Shown here in pieces: positions 35,701 to 48,400 of a stretch of DNA of 64,000 bases. The position numbers and the translations under genes were made by a program. The stretch covers positions 4,712,001 to 4,776,000 of the forward strand of contig CM030336.1 in the NCBI GenBank assembly GCA_017654855.1. The letters are read 5' to 3'. Under the pieces are notes generated by a model that saw nothing but the letters and a program-made list of their open reading frames with translations, was not told where the DNA came from and did no database searches. The stretch is from Podospora anserina. Taxonomy: Eukaryota. The stretch's first letter is position 1; each line of letters begins with the position of its first letter.

Positions 35701-37936
35701 ATGGCGTCCAAAACAGACCTTTGCAAGCCATGTCTCACCGCATTTTCTCAGCCTCTGCCAAATTGCTCCGTCGTCGGACATGCCGATGGTGTCGTCTACA
35801 AGTGCACAAGAGACCATCTCTGCCAGTCGTCTTGTCCGATGTGCATCCTAATACAAGGCTTGATCGACAGAGCGGATAAGGCATACGGAAGACTCTCGCC
35901 CGACGAAGTCGAGTTGCGGCTAGCACATGACCGTGGGTCTCACGGCGGCTATCGCCCTCCTGCATGGGCCGACCCGGATCCAAGACGACAGCCTGAGGAA
36001 GACAGCCTGCTGGAAGGGGCCGAGGACAGCTCGGAGTCTTGGTACAGCTTGAAAATTTGGCTCACACCTGACGTTTATCCCTACAACGCCACCACCATTC
36101 TTTATGTTACTCTTGCTGCGGACTTTGGTATGTCACCAGAATTCATTAGAGGCTTGATCAGCTACTGACTTGTTGGCTCAAGGAACGTCTGCCGCAGCGC
36201 ATGTCGTTGCGCGTCCGCGGCCTGTTGATACAACTACGACCTTCTCCATCATCAAACGTTGGATTCAACATTGTGACGGCCACCACGCATCTTGTAGAGA
36301 TGCCACGCATAACGCGTCCGAGATGCCTAGGCGTCTTCTCTGGGTGTCAAATGCAGACATCTTTCCCGATATAAGGGTTGCGCCAGTCTCAACTGGAAAG
36401 CGATACATCGCGCTCAGCTATTGTTGGGGTGGTGCAGCCGAAGCCAGTGCCCAGAAGAAATCAACAGCTGCCACCATCGCCGAAAACAAACTCAAAATTT
36501 CTTTCCAATCACTACCAAAGACAATCCAAGACGCGGTGTCAGTTTCCAGGGAGCTTGGCATCGACTATCTCTGGGTTGACGCGCTCTGTATCATCCAGGA
36601 TGACGATAATGACCGAAACCACGAGATCGCCCGCATGGGTGCCATTTACGCGAATGCATATCTGACGCTTTCTGCCTCCGGGGCTAGCCACTGCGCCGAG
36701 GGATTTCTCGAACGCCCACTGACAGAGTATCGTGAATCCGATTTCTTTGAAGTACCGTTACAACTGCCCGGAGAAGGCTGTCCAACACTGGTCAAAGCAA
36801 GCCGCGCAGGGGTCCGGAACATCTGGTCCAAAGAAAACGGGAATCTCTTCTGGTTCCAGAACCGGGAGCTCTTGCACACAAGAGGCTGGACATTCCAAGA
36901 GACATTCTTGTCACCACGGTTGCTAATGTATACCTCCCTACAACCATATTGGGTCTGTCGTGAAGCGTTTTGGTCGTGCGGAGATCCTGGCCCGATGGAG
37001 TATCTCAGAAACGTCTACCTTCAGGACATGCTCGAACTGCGAGAGATGTCTGATAGACAACAGAAGTACATGCAAACCCTCCCTTCAGACGATCCGAATT
37101 CTTCGGCCGAGCTATGGCGTTGGGGCACCATCATACACTGGTTTTCATCACGCCGATTAACGTTGGTTGAGGACAAACCTCTTGCTCTTCATGCCGTCAG
37201 GGACAAGTTCACTCGCCATGACCCTAGCCTGCAAGACTTCGCGTTGGGTTTATTCCGTTCCACTGCCCATACGGATCTCCTATGGCACACCAGACATGGG
37301 GCTGATCCACAGTCTGAACAACTCTCTGAGTTCCCGAGCTGGACCTGGATGTCTTTTGATGGCGGTGTAACGTGCCCCTTCAAGTACGGAGGACCACAGG
37401 AGTCGAGCATGATCAAGACACACGATGAATTTGAGATCAAAACTTGGCCGGGATGTGATCAGTTTGGTCGACTGCTTCCCGATAGTTCGCCGCTGAAGCT
37501 CCGGGGTATCGTGAGAGAGGTGGCCATCCCACACCGGTTCTGGAAAGATGGGTATGCGTCTGCTCAGGATATGCCATGCTTTTCACTCCGCGTCCTTGGG
37601 CTACGGGAGGACGAGTGGGAGGAGAATGAAGACAGGATTGGTCATATCACTTTTGATCAGTACCGGATGCCGAGCTCGAATGATGACTTTGAGAACAATC
37701 CGCCAACCCGGTATAAGACTCTTCAGATCCTCGTTATTGCGCTGCAAAAAGAACACATCGACAACACACTGAGCCTCCCTGACGATAGACAGGGTTATGA
37801 AGCAACGTACGGACTTGTCATTGCGCCGGCATTGAGAGTTGGAGGAATACATCGGAGGATAGGGTTCTACAAAGGAGGGGACAATAGTGTTTCATATTTT
37901 GACAATGGGGTGACAGAGGAGTTTGACCTTGAATGA
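35701..37936 (+). CDS. HET-domain (heterokaryon incompatibility, TIR-related) protein; intron 36128-36182
   Basis: YIALSYCWG, LPKTIQDA, YLWVDALCIIQDD, MGAIYANAYLTLSA, RGWTFQE, PSWTW; N-terminal CxxC...CxxC; in-phase GT-AG intron. Confidence 0.95.
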
Positions 37937-37973
37937 ACAGTCAACACCCCGTCACCTCGATACATTTCAGGGC

Positions 37974-38885
37974 TTAGTTCGCAAGCTGCGACTGAGTAAA
38001 AAAACTCCAAATCTCCCCCGGAACCCAAGACCTAGCACCGCTCTCCGGCCCGTTATCAACCGCCCCCGGCCAATGCCCCCCATCAAAAGGAATCCACGTC
38101 ACAGGATACCCGCTCCTGCACCCGTTGAAGTTGGTCTTGATATGAATCCCACTCCCCCTCGCCGGCTCAGGCGCATTGGTGTTTTGACACCCGTTATTCC
38201 TCACAAACCGATCCCTCATCGCCCTCCCCTGCCCAACGTTCAACGTCCCGTCCCAAACCCCATGAATACCAAGATAAGCCACAGGATCATTCCCACCGCT
38301 GCAACCAGACAACTGCCCACCCCCAATAACAGCCACACCCCTGAACTCCCTCGCTCTTGAACACGCCAGGCTAAAGGTCATACTCCCCCCGTATGAAAAC
38401 CCCAAACTGAACCTCTGCCTCTGGTTTACGCACAAGGCATCTTCGATATGGCGAATCATGGTATCGACAAAAGCGACGTCTTCTCCCCCGTTATTAGCCC
38501 ACCCATTGTTGATCCCCTGAGGTGCGACTAAAATGGCGGACTCCCCTGCGTTGCGCTGCATCCCGTAGTATGACCATAGCTCGCGGTCGGTGCCGCCCGA
38601 GGAGATGTCGTTCATTGTGCCACCGACCCAGTGGAAGGCGAAGATGAGGCGGTATGAGCGGTTGGGGTTGTAGTTGTTGGGGACGCGGACGATGAATTGT
38701 CTTTGTCGGCCGTTGACGTTTACGGTGCGGACGCCGGAGCCAAAGGGTGATTTGCCGCAGCCGGGCGAGGGGTTGGAGAGTTGGCGGGGAGCGAGGACAG
38801 TTCCAGGGGTGGCGGAAGGGAGGGCGTGGGCTAGGGAGGTTGAGAGGGTGAGGAGGCTGGTGAGGAGGTGGGTGAGGGCTACCAT
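37974..38885 (-). CDS. Secreted CE1-type feruloyl esterase (FaeC/D-like alpha/beta hydrolase)
   Basis: Signal peptide, SPGCGK, LIFAFHW, APQG...GW, GFSYGG nucleophile motif, HG..D, FDGGH. Confidence 0.9.
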   Translation of the reverse strand: MVALTHLLTSLLTLSTSLAHALPSATPGTVLAPRQLSNPSPGCGKSPFGSGVRTVNVNGRQRQFIVRVPNNYNPNRSYRLIFAFHWVGGTMNDISSGGTDRELWSYYGMQRNAGESAILVAPQGINNGWANNGGEDVAFVDTMIRHIEDALCVNQRQRFSLGFSYGGSMTFSLACSRAREFRGVAVIGGGQLSGCSGGNDPVAYLGIHGVWDGTLNVGQGRAMRDRFVRNNGCQNTNAPEPARGSGIHIKTNFNGCRSGYPVTWIPFDGGHWPGAVDNGPESGARSWVPGEIWSFFTQSQLAN

Positions 38886-40198
38886 CGTTGCTGGCTGGGC
38901 CCTTTGCTCCGGGGCTGAGTGACTTGATGGTGAGGGTTGAAGTTGGGTGCTGTGTTGGCGAAGATGTGGCGAGTTATATACCTGTCGGGTAGGATACCAG
39001 GTTGGTGAGGAGTCTCACCACGAGGTTGTCATGGCAAGATTGGTCCAGGAGCAAAAGGTTGACATTTGATGCTTTCATGACCAAATCGACCGAGATTCAG
39101 TTTTCTTTGGCACCTACCTAACTAACATGGCGAACCTTACTCCCGGACAGCTTCCATCCGTGACTGTGGCGGTGGAGTTCAAGCGGAAGACGGGACATAC
39201 CTGATTGGCGCGCTTTGTCCCGCTGCGTCGTTCCTGGTTGAGTCGAAGCGACTACAACCTCGCTAAGATGAACTGCCGATGGCTGGAGCCTCTCGTTCAT
39301 GGGACCGATGGGGTCGTAAGGTTGAGTTGATATCAAATGAGTGTGTTGAGTGAAAGCCATTGGAGGAGAATTCTTGACAGTACAAGTTTCGCCGTTTTAA
39401 AGCGCAAGTACGGCGATGTTTATAGGGGCGGATGGAAAATTGGATGCTTTTTTTGTGGTTGAGATATAGCAGTCGATGAATGATATATATGACTGGAGAT
39501 GAGGCAACCAGGTAATGGGCAATAATAGGAGACAGATTCGGAAATCTTAGCCCGCCGTTACCGACGGCGGTACGGCGTTTCCACCCTGTAATGTCTGGAA
39601 GCTATCATTTTGGAGAATCATATGGAGAGATTACCAGTTAGCTGCAGCTCTGTCTAGGAATGTGTTCTCTCTCAAGTCAACAAGGCCGTGCCAGTCTTTA
39701 CAGCAATCTGTATAACCAGCTGGAAATCGCATGTCTAAACTATAGTTTCAAAGAAATTGTTTATCCATTGTTGATTTTCTTTCTAAATTCCATGTTGGGC
39801 GACACTCATTAGTGGTTCCAACCACAATGCTGGTGGACTTTGAAGAAAGAAACATTCTCCCGTCACGGACTACTTCCGGTCCAGGTCTGGATAGGTCAAC
39901 TCTGTAAACGCGGCTTAAGATTGGCATGGGTACATTACCTTGTGCTAAGGTATGCTACGCGCATAGTACCACACGTTGCCCTAGTTGGGTACCAGATCTA
40001 GGAGATGCACAATCTCAGGTCAACGGATTACGGGAACGGGTGACGCGGAAGCGAAATTCAACACCTACGGCAGTTCGGATGTTGGAGCGAAGTTGAAGGT
40101 ATAAAAGAGGGTTGCTCTCCATGTGTTGTCTGTTCTAACCTTCTTCACCTCATCTTCAACCTTCTATCCTTGTTACTCCTGACAGCCTCCCGGTCATC

Positions 40199-41041
40199 AT
40201 GCACTTCTCTACCGTTGCTGCCGTAGTCTTTGCGGTGGCTCCTCAGTTGGCATCCGCACACTTCCTCTTTCCCCATCTCATGCTCAACGGCGTGCGCACC
40301 GGCGCGTTTGAGTATGTCCGTGAACACGACTTCGGCTTCATGCCGCACAACAATGACTTCATCAACTCACAGGACTTCCGCTGCAACGAGGGCTCCTGGA
40401 GACACCGCCGCGAGCCCAAGACGGCGCAGGTCATAGCTGGGCGAGACACGGTTGGGTTCAACCTGCACCTTGACTTTGGGATCTACCACCCGGGCCCGGT
40501 CACTGTAAGCACACCCACTCGACAGAACCCCCAAACACAGTGACAAGTATTGACGACCATTACCTTCACAGATCTATCTCTCCAAAGCCCCCGGTGATGT
40601 CCGCGACTACGACGGGTCGGGCGACTGGTTCAAGGTGTACCAGCTCGGCACTATGATGCCCTGGAACGGCACTGATCAGGGCTGGCTTACGCGCGACAAA
40701 AAGAACTTTCAGTTCCGCCTGCCATCTGAGATTCCGGCCGGCCAATACCTGATGCGCATCGAGCAGATGAGCGTTCATGTATGTTTTGAAGCGTCTACCT
40801 GACTGCCTCCTTTGCTTCTCTTACTAACAATCCTTTTCAGCCCCCTTACAAACAGAAGGAGTGGTACGTCCAGTGCGCCCATCTGAATATCGCCAGCAAC
40901 TACAACGGACGCGCCCCCGGTCCGACCATCCGCTTCCCGGGCGGTTATAAGATCAGCGACCCTGCGATTCAACTTGACAGCTGGGCCAAGCCTCCTCCGA
41001 CATTTGCGCCCATGCCCGGCCCTCAGCTTTGGCCTAACTAG
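40199..41041 (+). CDS. AA9 LPMO, atypical (H-X6-E-W-Y); introns 40505-40571 and 40779-40840
   Basis: Signal peptide then His1 (ASA|HFLF), FRCN, YHPGP, YDGSGDWFKV, GQYLMRIEQ, EWYVQCAHL, PGP at the C-terminus. Confidence 0.92.
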
Positions 41042-41242
41042 GGCTTTGTACAGGGGCGTTCAGGGCCGTCGTAGTTGCACAGATGTCTGTCGGACGGTCT
41101 CAAGTCCAAAGACTGCAACTCCAAATAGTCACACACCTATAGTTATCGAGATGAAGCTCCATCAATCGACTAGTTTACCTGGTAGCTTAGACCCATTCTC
41201 ATTATATCATGCCCCCCCTCCCCGAGCACCTGTTACTGTCCA

Positions 41243-42206
41243 CTATGCTGGCTGTCTCGCCCCCCCTGAACCCCAGTCAACCACCCCCGCCCCAGGCAAC
41301 ACCCTCCCCAACTCCTCCACCTTGGCCACACCGACCACAATCTCCCCTCCAACCTTTGTCCTCCTCGCATTCCCCTCAAACTCTGCCAAAGTCAATAAAC
41401 TCGCTCCGTCATTCCCTAGTTTCCACCCAGAGACCTTTCCCACAACTTGAACCGCATCAAAGTTCTTCGTCCCATCCACCCCAACAAACAAAGCCTTCTT
41501 CTTCGCCGCATCAGTAACCACCTCTTCATCAGCCTCAGCATTAAATCCCCTCCTATTCCAAACCAACCACACCCCATGATCCTCCCCAACAACATCAACA
41601 ACAACAGCGTAGTTCGTCTCGGTTAGTTCATCCCCTGACGACAGTTTGTAGTATAGCTGTCCCAAAGGATAAACATGCTTTGGCAGAACAGCAGATGAAC
41701 CATGACTCAAGGAGTAAAAGAAAGGATGCACTTTAGTCCTATTGTCAACTTCTTCATCGGTCTTATGTAATGAACTGACCATGATAGGGGGTAGGGAAAG
41801 TGACAAAGCCCCTGCCTTAACAACGACGAGGTACTGATGGCTTGGCGATTGAAACAACGGGATAGGGACCGACGTATTATTGACAGCGTCAGCAAAAGCG
41901 GTGATGGCCTTGAGATCAGTGAACTTTGTCGCGATGGATTGGATTTTGGCAAGGGTATCCGCAGCGGGAAGCTTTGCTTGCGGGGAGGTCATCTTTTGAA
42001 GGAGGTTTTCTTGCGTCCAGGCGAGATAGGCGTCCGGGGAGCGGGTTTTGGAGCGGACGAGGGAGAGGAGGTCGGAGGGTAGGCCATCTATGGTGGGGGG
42101 GTTAGCTTGGTGAGAAGGAAGGGGGGAGGGAGAACAGACCTTTGCGGAGGGATTCGGTGATAGCGTCTTTGACGGCTTGGAAGTTTGGGTTGCTGGGGGT
42201 TGCCAT
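41243..42206 (-). CDS. Hypothetical protein; intron 42088-42139
   Basis: ATG at 42206 in CACCATGG context; a GT...GCTAAC...TAG intron joins MATPSNPNFQAVKDAITESLRK to the long ORF. Confidence 0.75.
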
Positions 42207-42978
42207 GGTGAAAGGTGGGGATGTTGACAAGGAAGTGGGTCTGGGATTAGGGGTTCAGGGGCGACAAAACAGGGGCAAAGTGGAATGTTGAAGCCTCGAT
42301 CGGGGCAATTGAACAGGTGAGGGATTGACTTCTGTGGAGTGTTCTGAAGGGAGATGATTCCGATCACAAAGAATGAGGCGACTGACTTACACATATATTT
42401 ACTAGGGAAACATGTCTGCTATCGGAGCTCCTCAAGTTAATTGTTTGCGGCTGGATCATAGGTGCGGAAATGCACTGAACGGTGTGGTTGCATTCGGTGG
42501 AGGCGCAGTGAAGTTCAGCTGTTGCGATGACAGCCACATCAGACACCGAAACGCCCCTCAGAGTGGGGGATTAATGTACATGACCTGGCGGACTTCGTTA
42601 CGATAAATCGTATCTAAGGTAGGTATGATATATCTGAACTGAGGTTGGGGGGCAGGATCTGAGTAAGAGGCGGTATGTGTGCCAAGTTTCAGGATGAGCT
42701 GAACCAATCTCAAAGCACTCCTAAAAGGATCCCTCGCTCAATAACCCGAGTACAGACCTAGTGTTTACAGTTAGCCATCGGAGGCTAGATGGGTGTTCTG
42801 TACTCGGCATGTTGAGGTACTCATCACTGATCATCTTGGCGCTATGTTGACATTGCTGCTGCGCAGTCAAATCATATAAGGTTTGTCAAGCCCATTGGAA
42901 TCTATGTCTTTCTCTCTAAGCAATATTGACCCTTCTCCCAACACTGATATAGCCGCTCCTCTGACCAAGTCCCTGACC

Positions 42979-44256
42979 ATGGCCGTCTTCAGAGAAAACC
43001 CCCGCATTTACCACCAGTCCGCCCCAACTCGGGCCACCACAAGACAACAAATCATCAACCAGCCGCTTCTCTTCCAACAAACCTGGCAATGTGCACAAGA
43101 TGCTGCTCAAAACATTTGGCTTCTGTATCGAGACTTTCTCAGTACCGTGTTTACCGCTCAGATTGGTGCCGGCGCAGGTGGAGTGCATCTCGATGATGCC
43201 AGAGATCTTGTTCGGCTTGGCTATTGGCTTGTCCTCGGTCCAATGTGGGATGTAGTCCAGGAACGCCACTACCGCCTCGGGGGCGGTCCAGGCGGCTTCC
43301 CTACCATGGCAGACCTCAGCTTCATTGACTATCTCATGGGGATTTGTTCTACTCTAGAGATTATAGAGACAAGGATCTTCAACGTTCCGAATGTCCAGCA
43401 ACTCCCACATAACGTTCAGCACCAAGGCATTCTCAACGACATTGCGCAGTGGACGAATCCAAATAACCAGACTGCCCAGAACATCAGTGTGCTGGGATTT
43501 TTGGAGCTGCTGTTGCGAATCGTCGCTCATACATCACCAAACTTGGGTACGTCTGCACTGCTTGACCAGGCCTTGATGAAACCATTCTCTAACACAATCA
43601 TAGCTACCTTCCGCACCTCGTTGAACAACCTCCGGACTCATCAGCCACGCAACCACATCTACCATAAGCGTGGCCTCCCCCGGGTCATGTTCGTCTGTGC
43701 CGGTGGCAACAATGGTATGCACGTCATCACCACTTCCAAAGACAACTGGTATGACTTCACATCTCTTTGGGCGGCGACAGATGCCGCTCGTGTCCAGCGT
43801 CAAACCTGCCCACCCATCGTCCTACCTGGCGGAGGGGGCCAACCGGCATTCAATGTCGTCGGGCGGTCCAATGCTATCTTCCATGAGTTTTCCAACGCCG
43901 AGGCAGATGTCGCTCAGATTTTATCTGACAATGCTGCCGAGATTATCAGGTCAAATACCATCACAGTCTGGCAGAACCAAGCGGCGCGGTTTGCGAACCA
44001 TGCGAATGAGAGGTGTTTACCCATGACGGTTCCTGATTTTGCGGTGAAGGCGAGGTGCTTGAGGTGCCAGGCGCTGTTTCGTTATAATGTTAATCATCCT
44101 GATGCGTTGGGACTGGTCGGGGCCGAAGCTGCGTGGCGGGGAAACCGCCGGTTGGGGGTGGCGGTGTTGTGTAACGGTGATTGGGATTGTGCGGAGACGT
44201 TGGCACATTTCTATTGTGTTGCTGCGAATGTGGTTGGTGTAGGGGGGCTTCACTAA
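42979..44256 (+). CDS. Hypothetical intracellular protein with C-terminal CxxC and CAE motifs (possible permuted deaminase-like zinc domain)
   Basis: Intronless ~425-aa ORF, upstream TATAA (~42875), ACCATGG start; RCLRCQALF...DCAETLAHFYC. Function is inference only. Confidence 0.75.
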   Translation: MAVFRENPRIYHQSAPTRATTRQQIINQPLLFQQTWQCAQDAAQNIWLLYRDFLSTVFTAQIGAGAGGVHLDDARDLVRLGYWLVLGPMWDVVQERHYRLGGGPGGFPTMADLSFIDYLMGICSTLEIIETRIFNVPNVQQLPHNVQHQGILNDIAQWTNPNNQTAQNISVLGFLELLLRIVAHTSPNLGTSALLDQALMKPFSNTIIATFRTSLNNLRTHQPRNHIYHKRGLPRVMFVCAGGNNGMHVITTSKDNWYDFTSLWAATDAARVQRQTCPPIVLPGGGGQPAFNVVGRSNAIFHEFSNAEADVAQILSDNAAEIIRSNTITVWQNQAARFANHANERCLPMTVPDFAVKARCLRCQALFRYNVNHPDALGLVGAEAAWRGNRRLGVAVLCNGDWDCAETLAHFYCVAANVVGVGGLH

Positions 44257-45414
44257 AAAATTATTTCTCTCATCTTTGTAGTGGAAGTCAACAGCAATAC
44301 TGTATTGGCGGGCTGGTCAACCGCTATCACTGATGATTGCCTTTGGCAATGGCTTAGGGTCTGTAAAGTGAACGTGGATTAGATTTGAGGTGGCTTCAAT
44401 GCATACTGAGGGTAAAAAGACGTTATTAGAGGCCGGTTACTGCGGATAGTCCAGCTTTTGCCGACAAGGGCGGGACTGGAAGCCTCAAGGCTGGGGCACC
44501 CGCGATAGAGGAAGACCGAACTGAGATGGTGCGCTTTTCAAGAACCGACTCCGTATCTGCAGGTGCTAGATACGTCACTGCAATACAATGATTGACGCAC
44601 CTGAATCTCGACCTTATCACTTTTGCCCCGGTACCAGCGGCTGAAGCGGCCCAGAGGTCATTCTGTTTAACTGGTGATGGACATGCGCTGAGATAACAGC
44701 ACTTCCGCGTCGTTGCCAATCGTGTAATGGCTTGGACTGAATGTGTTTTTGGCAGGTTCATTGGTTGTTTTGAAGTGCTCGTTAGCCCTAGGCGTCGAAT
44801 ATGTGGACAAGATTAACCAAACTCGGTCTAGATGTCTGGGAGACAACGAGTCATCCATCTTGGAGAATATCGCGGCCCGAAACCCTGTGCCAAACAAATA
44901 TTTCAATCACTGTAACCTCGAAAACTCCATCGTTAGGCCGGACAACCAAAGCACACATGTTCCCGAGTTCAGGTCAAAAACACAGTGGTTTCTAGTACTT
45001 AAACGAGCTGATGCACAGCCACGGCCCTTTCCCGACAGCTCGGAGACGCAGGACTGTAACATACAGAGGTCGCAGCGCTGCCATTCTCCGCCACGGTTGG
45101 CGCAACGGCACAAAAGTTTGCCTATTCATTATAACGTCGCCTTAGACATTTTAGTTGTAATGATTGGAGCCACATCCGATACCCAAGGTATCCATTGGCG
45201 GCCACCTGCATGCATACTGCTGTCTATGTGGTTGCTCTCAGCACAAGAGGTTATTCGGGCAACAAGATACCTCTGACAAGGAGAAGAGGCGCGCCCTGAA
45301 TAAGTATCAAAACCCCAATCTCTCCCATCCTTAGGAATGAACTGGCTCGCGTGTCAAGATTGCCGTTGGCTTTCCTCCTGACGAGTGTCACCTCTCGGGC
45401 TTCTGTTGCCAACT

Positions 45415-48400
45415 ATGTCCGGTCTCGAGCCACTCGTTGCTTTTTCCTTAGCATGCGCAGTCTGCCAGGCAGTTTCCTTTGCGGGGGAAACTCTCAGAGT
45501 CTGCCGGAACCTTTGTTCAACCGGATCGGCCGTCGAAAGTACGGGAACGCAATGCTTAACAAGACTATGTGCCGATTTACAAAAACATTGTACACCAATA
45601 TCCGGGCCGTTGACTCGAGAGCAGCAGAGGCTGTTGGATGTCGCTCAGACAACTATCGACGCCGCAACAAAGCTGGAGAGAGAAACTACCAAGATATATC
45701 GATCGTTGCCGCGGAGCAAAGTGCTCGCGACTCCTACCTGGGCAGCAAGATGTGGCATCTATAAATGCAGGATAGCAAGGCTCGAGAAGACGATGGCCGA
45801 GGCTCAAAAAAACTTGGAAACTTGTTTGCTCGTTAGTATGTGGTAAGTTCACATGTACCCACGTCATACGCAGGAAACAATTCGACTGGGTTGGTGTTGA
45901 CCAGTATTCATAAAGCACGAGGCTAGACGCACTAGCACTGCAACAGCATCAGGACTTTTCCCACTTGCACTGGGATCTTCGTAACTTCATCGGTGCTCGG
46001 TCACAGGGGGAAACACAGCTCGCAAACCTGGTGAACAATCTGGAAAAGAGCTCCGAGTTCCAAGACCCTCCGAAGTATGAAGGTGGGGTTTGCGTTACTG
46101 CAAGCCTGGATCACTCTCTAGGTCCTACTCACATCAAAGACATTCCGACCTCATCTGGGTACGAAAAGATCTTGATGAGCTTTAAATATCCGACTATGAA
46201 TGAGCGACGAAATCATATTGGCGAGGGATGCAAGACTACTTTCAACTGGATCTTCGATCAAATCGAGCAGGGAGACAATGATGCGGCCATCGATTGTCAT
46301 GTCGACACAAAGTCCGAATGGCTCCCTGGCTCAAACCAGCAGAATCCCAATCCAACCACTCACACAACATTCCGTGCAAGTGGTTTTCTGGATTGGCTCC
46401 GTTCTTTGCATCAGCCGCTCTTCTGGATTAGTGGCAAGCCGAGGTCAGGCAAGAGCACTCTGGTCAAATTCCTGCTCGATGATCACCGGACGAGAGCAAA
46501 TTTCGAGGTCAACTTACCACATGCGACAATCATTTCCCACTTTTTCTGGCTTCCTGGCAACGCAATGGATAGGAGCACTAAAGGAATGCTGTGCTCTCTG
46601 AATCATCAGTTACTAAGCAACAGCAACAACAACAACAACTATTCCAACGTCTTCCACCACCCAACCTTTCCAAGCATAAAACTGAAAGACAACCCCAGCG
46701 ATTGGTCAATAAAGGAACTCCAGGACATCTTTGTCTACCTCTTACGAAAGTCAGCCCGTCCTATTCTCATCTTTTTGGATGGCCTAGACGAGATTGACCC
46801 CTCCGACGGGCCTTTCTTTCTACTTAGCCTTCTTGATACGGTGTGCAAAATACCAGGAGTGAAAGTCTATACGTCCAGCCGACCCGAGCCAACCTTACAA
46901 CAATATTTCAACATGACACCATCCTTCCGAGTGCAGGATTTCACAGTGAGAGACATACGAAACTATGCGAGGAAGAGGCTTCGGCTACAAAGTCTCACCA
47001 GTTCTCAACGCCTCGACGATGAAGAGTTTGAGAAGCTCATGGAGGAGTTTGGAGACAAGTCACATTGAGTTCTTCTGTGGGCGGGTTTGGCTCTGAAAAA
47101 CCATCAAACTGGATTGGTTCAGAACGACTCGACTCAAGCGCTGAGAGAACGATTGAATTCTCTTCCAGATTCCTGAATGGATTTTACCAATGAATGTGGA
47201 ACCGTTTGAATGCCGAAAGCAAGTCTCACCGGGAAAATGCGGCCACATATCTCAACATGATTCTCGACCTATTCGCGCTGTTTGACGGCGTACACTGGAG
47301 GTGCAGCACAGTCACAACTCTTGCCTTGGCTCCGGACCCAACTTTAGGAACAGCTCTCAAAACTAGCAATGAGCAGGCAAATGGTTCCGCCCAGCGTCTC
47401 CTCGAACGATGTAACGCGCTCGGAAAGAAGATTGAGCTTCACTGTGCCGGACTGGTGGAGCTGGTCGACTCTGAGATTCGATTTGTTCATCGCTCGGCCC
47501 AAGACTTCCTGGTAGACACACTGGATGGTCGTGCAATACTGGCATACGACAAGACTTCACGACGGGATCGCGTTTATCAACTTATCAATGCCCACCTCAC
47601 AGTTCTATCCGTTCAAAGTGAAGAATACCTTGACTGTTTCTACCATTGGCTAGGAAGAGGCCATTATCCGATCCGAGCATCTATCAAGCTCGTGCTCCGT
47701 GCATACGACACTCTGGGTACCCTTTCCGACGCTGAAGCTATGGAGCTTCTAGACCGCATCCAGAAGGTCACTGAGACTACGCACTGGGTCTCACATTGCC
47801 TGTCACTTCGGGGGAATAACTTTAGCGGCCAGCTCGCGCAACACGGCTGTTTACGGTTTCTATTGCATACGATGAATAGGGCAGAAGAAATATGCGGTTC
47901 CACGTCTAGTGCTTACCGAAGCTATCTCATATTTGCGACCCTTCGACGAGCAGACAAGTTCAATTATCACGCAACCGACACCCGCTACACACAGCACCGC
48001 TTGGAAATACTATGTCATCTTCTGTCTGCACGGAATGACAGGTTACTAAACCGGGCGGTCCCTAATCCGTATGACCGCGGTGTTCCTCAGCCAAATGTCA
48101 CGTGTCGCACAACAACAATGATGGAGGTATTTCTTGAGCCTCAGTCGTTCAATCTTGGCAAGTTTCTCATGGATGCCACACCGTTGGATATATCTCAAGC
48201 CTTCACGCAGGTGGTTGACATCTGCTTCCAATTCATCAATGTTGGAGAAGATCTGACCAGCGTCATTCTATTCCCATTTGAACATCAGAATGGGTTTGAA
48301 TGGTCTTATTGTCCTGATTGGAACACTTTGCTTGAACCGTCACGAAGTCCAAGTGCAGTTCTTCTCGTCCAGCTCAACATGGCATTCGTAGTCGATATGT

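Noticed and set aside
44426-45276. 177-aa and neighbouring ORFs between the orphan and the NLR
   Set aside because: Non-ATG or weak starts, no codon bias or motifs; probably intergenic.
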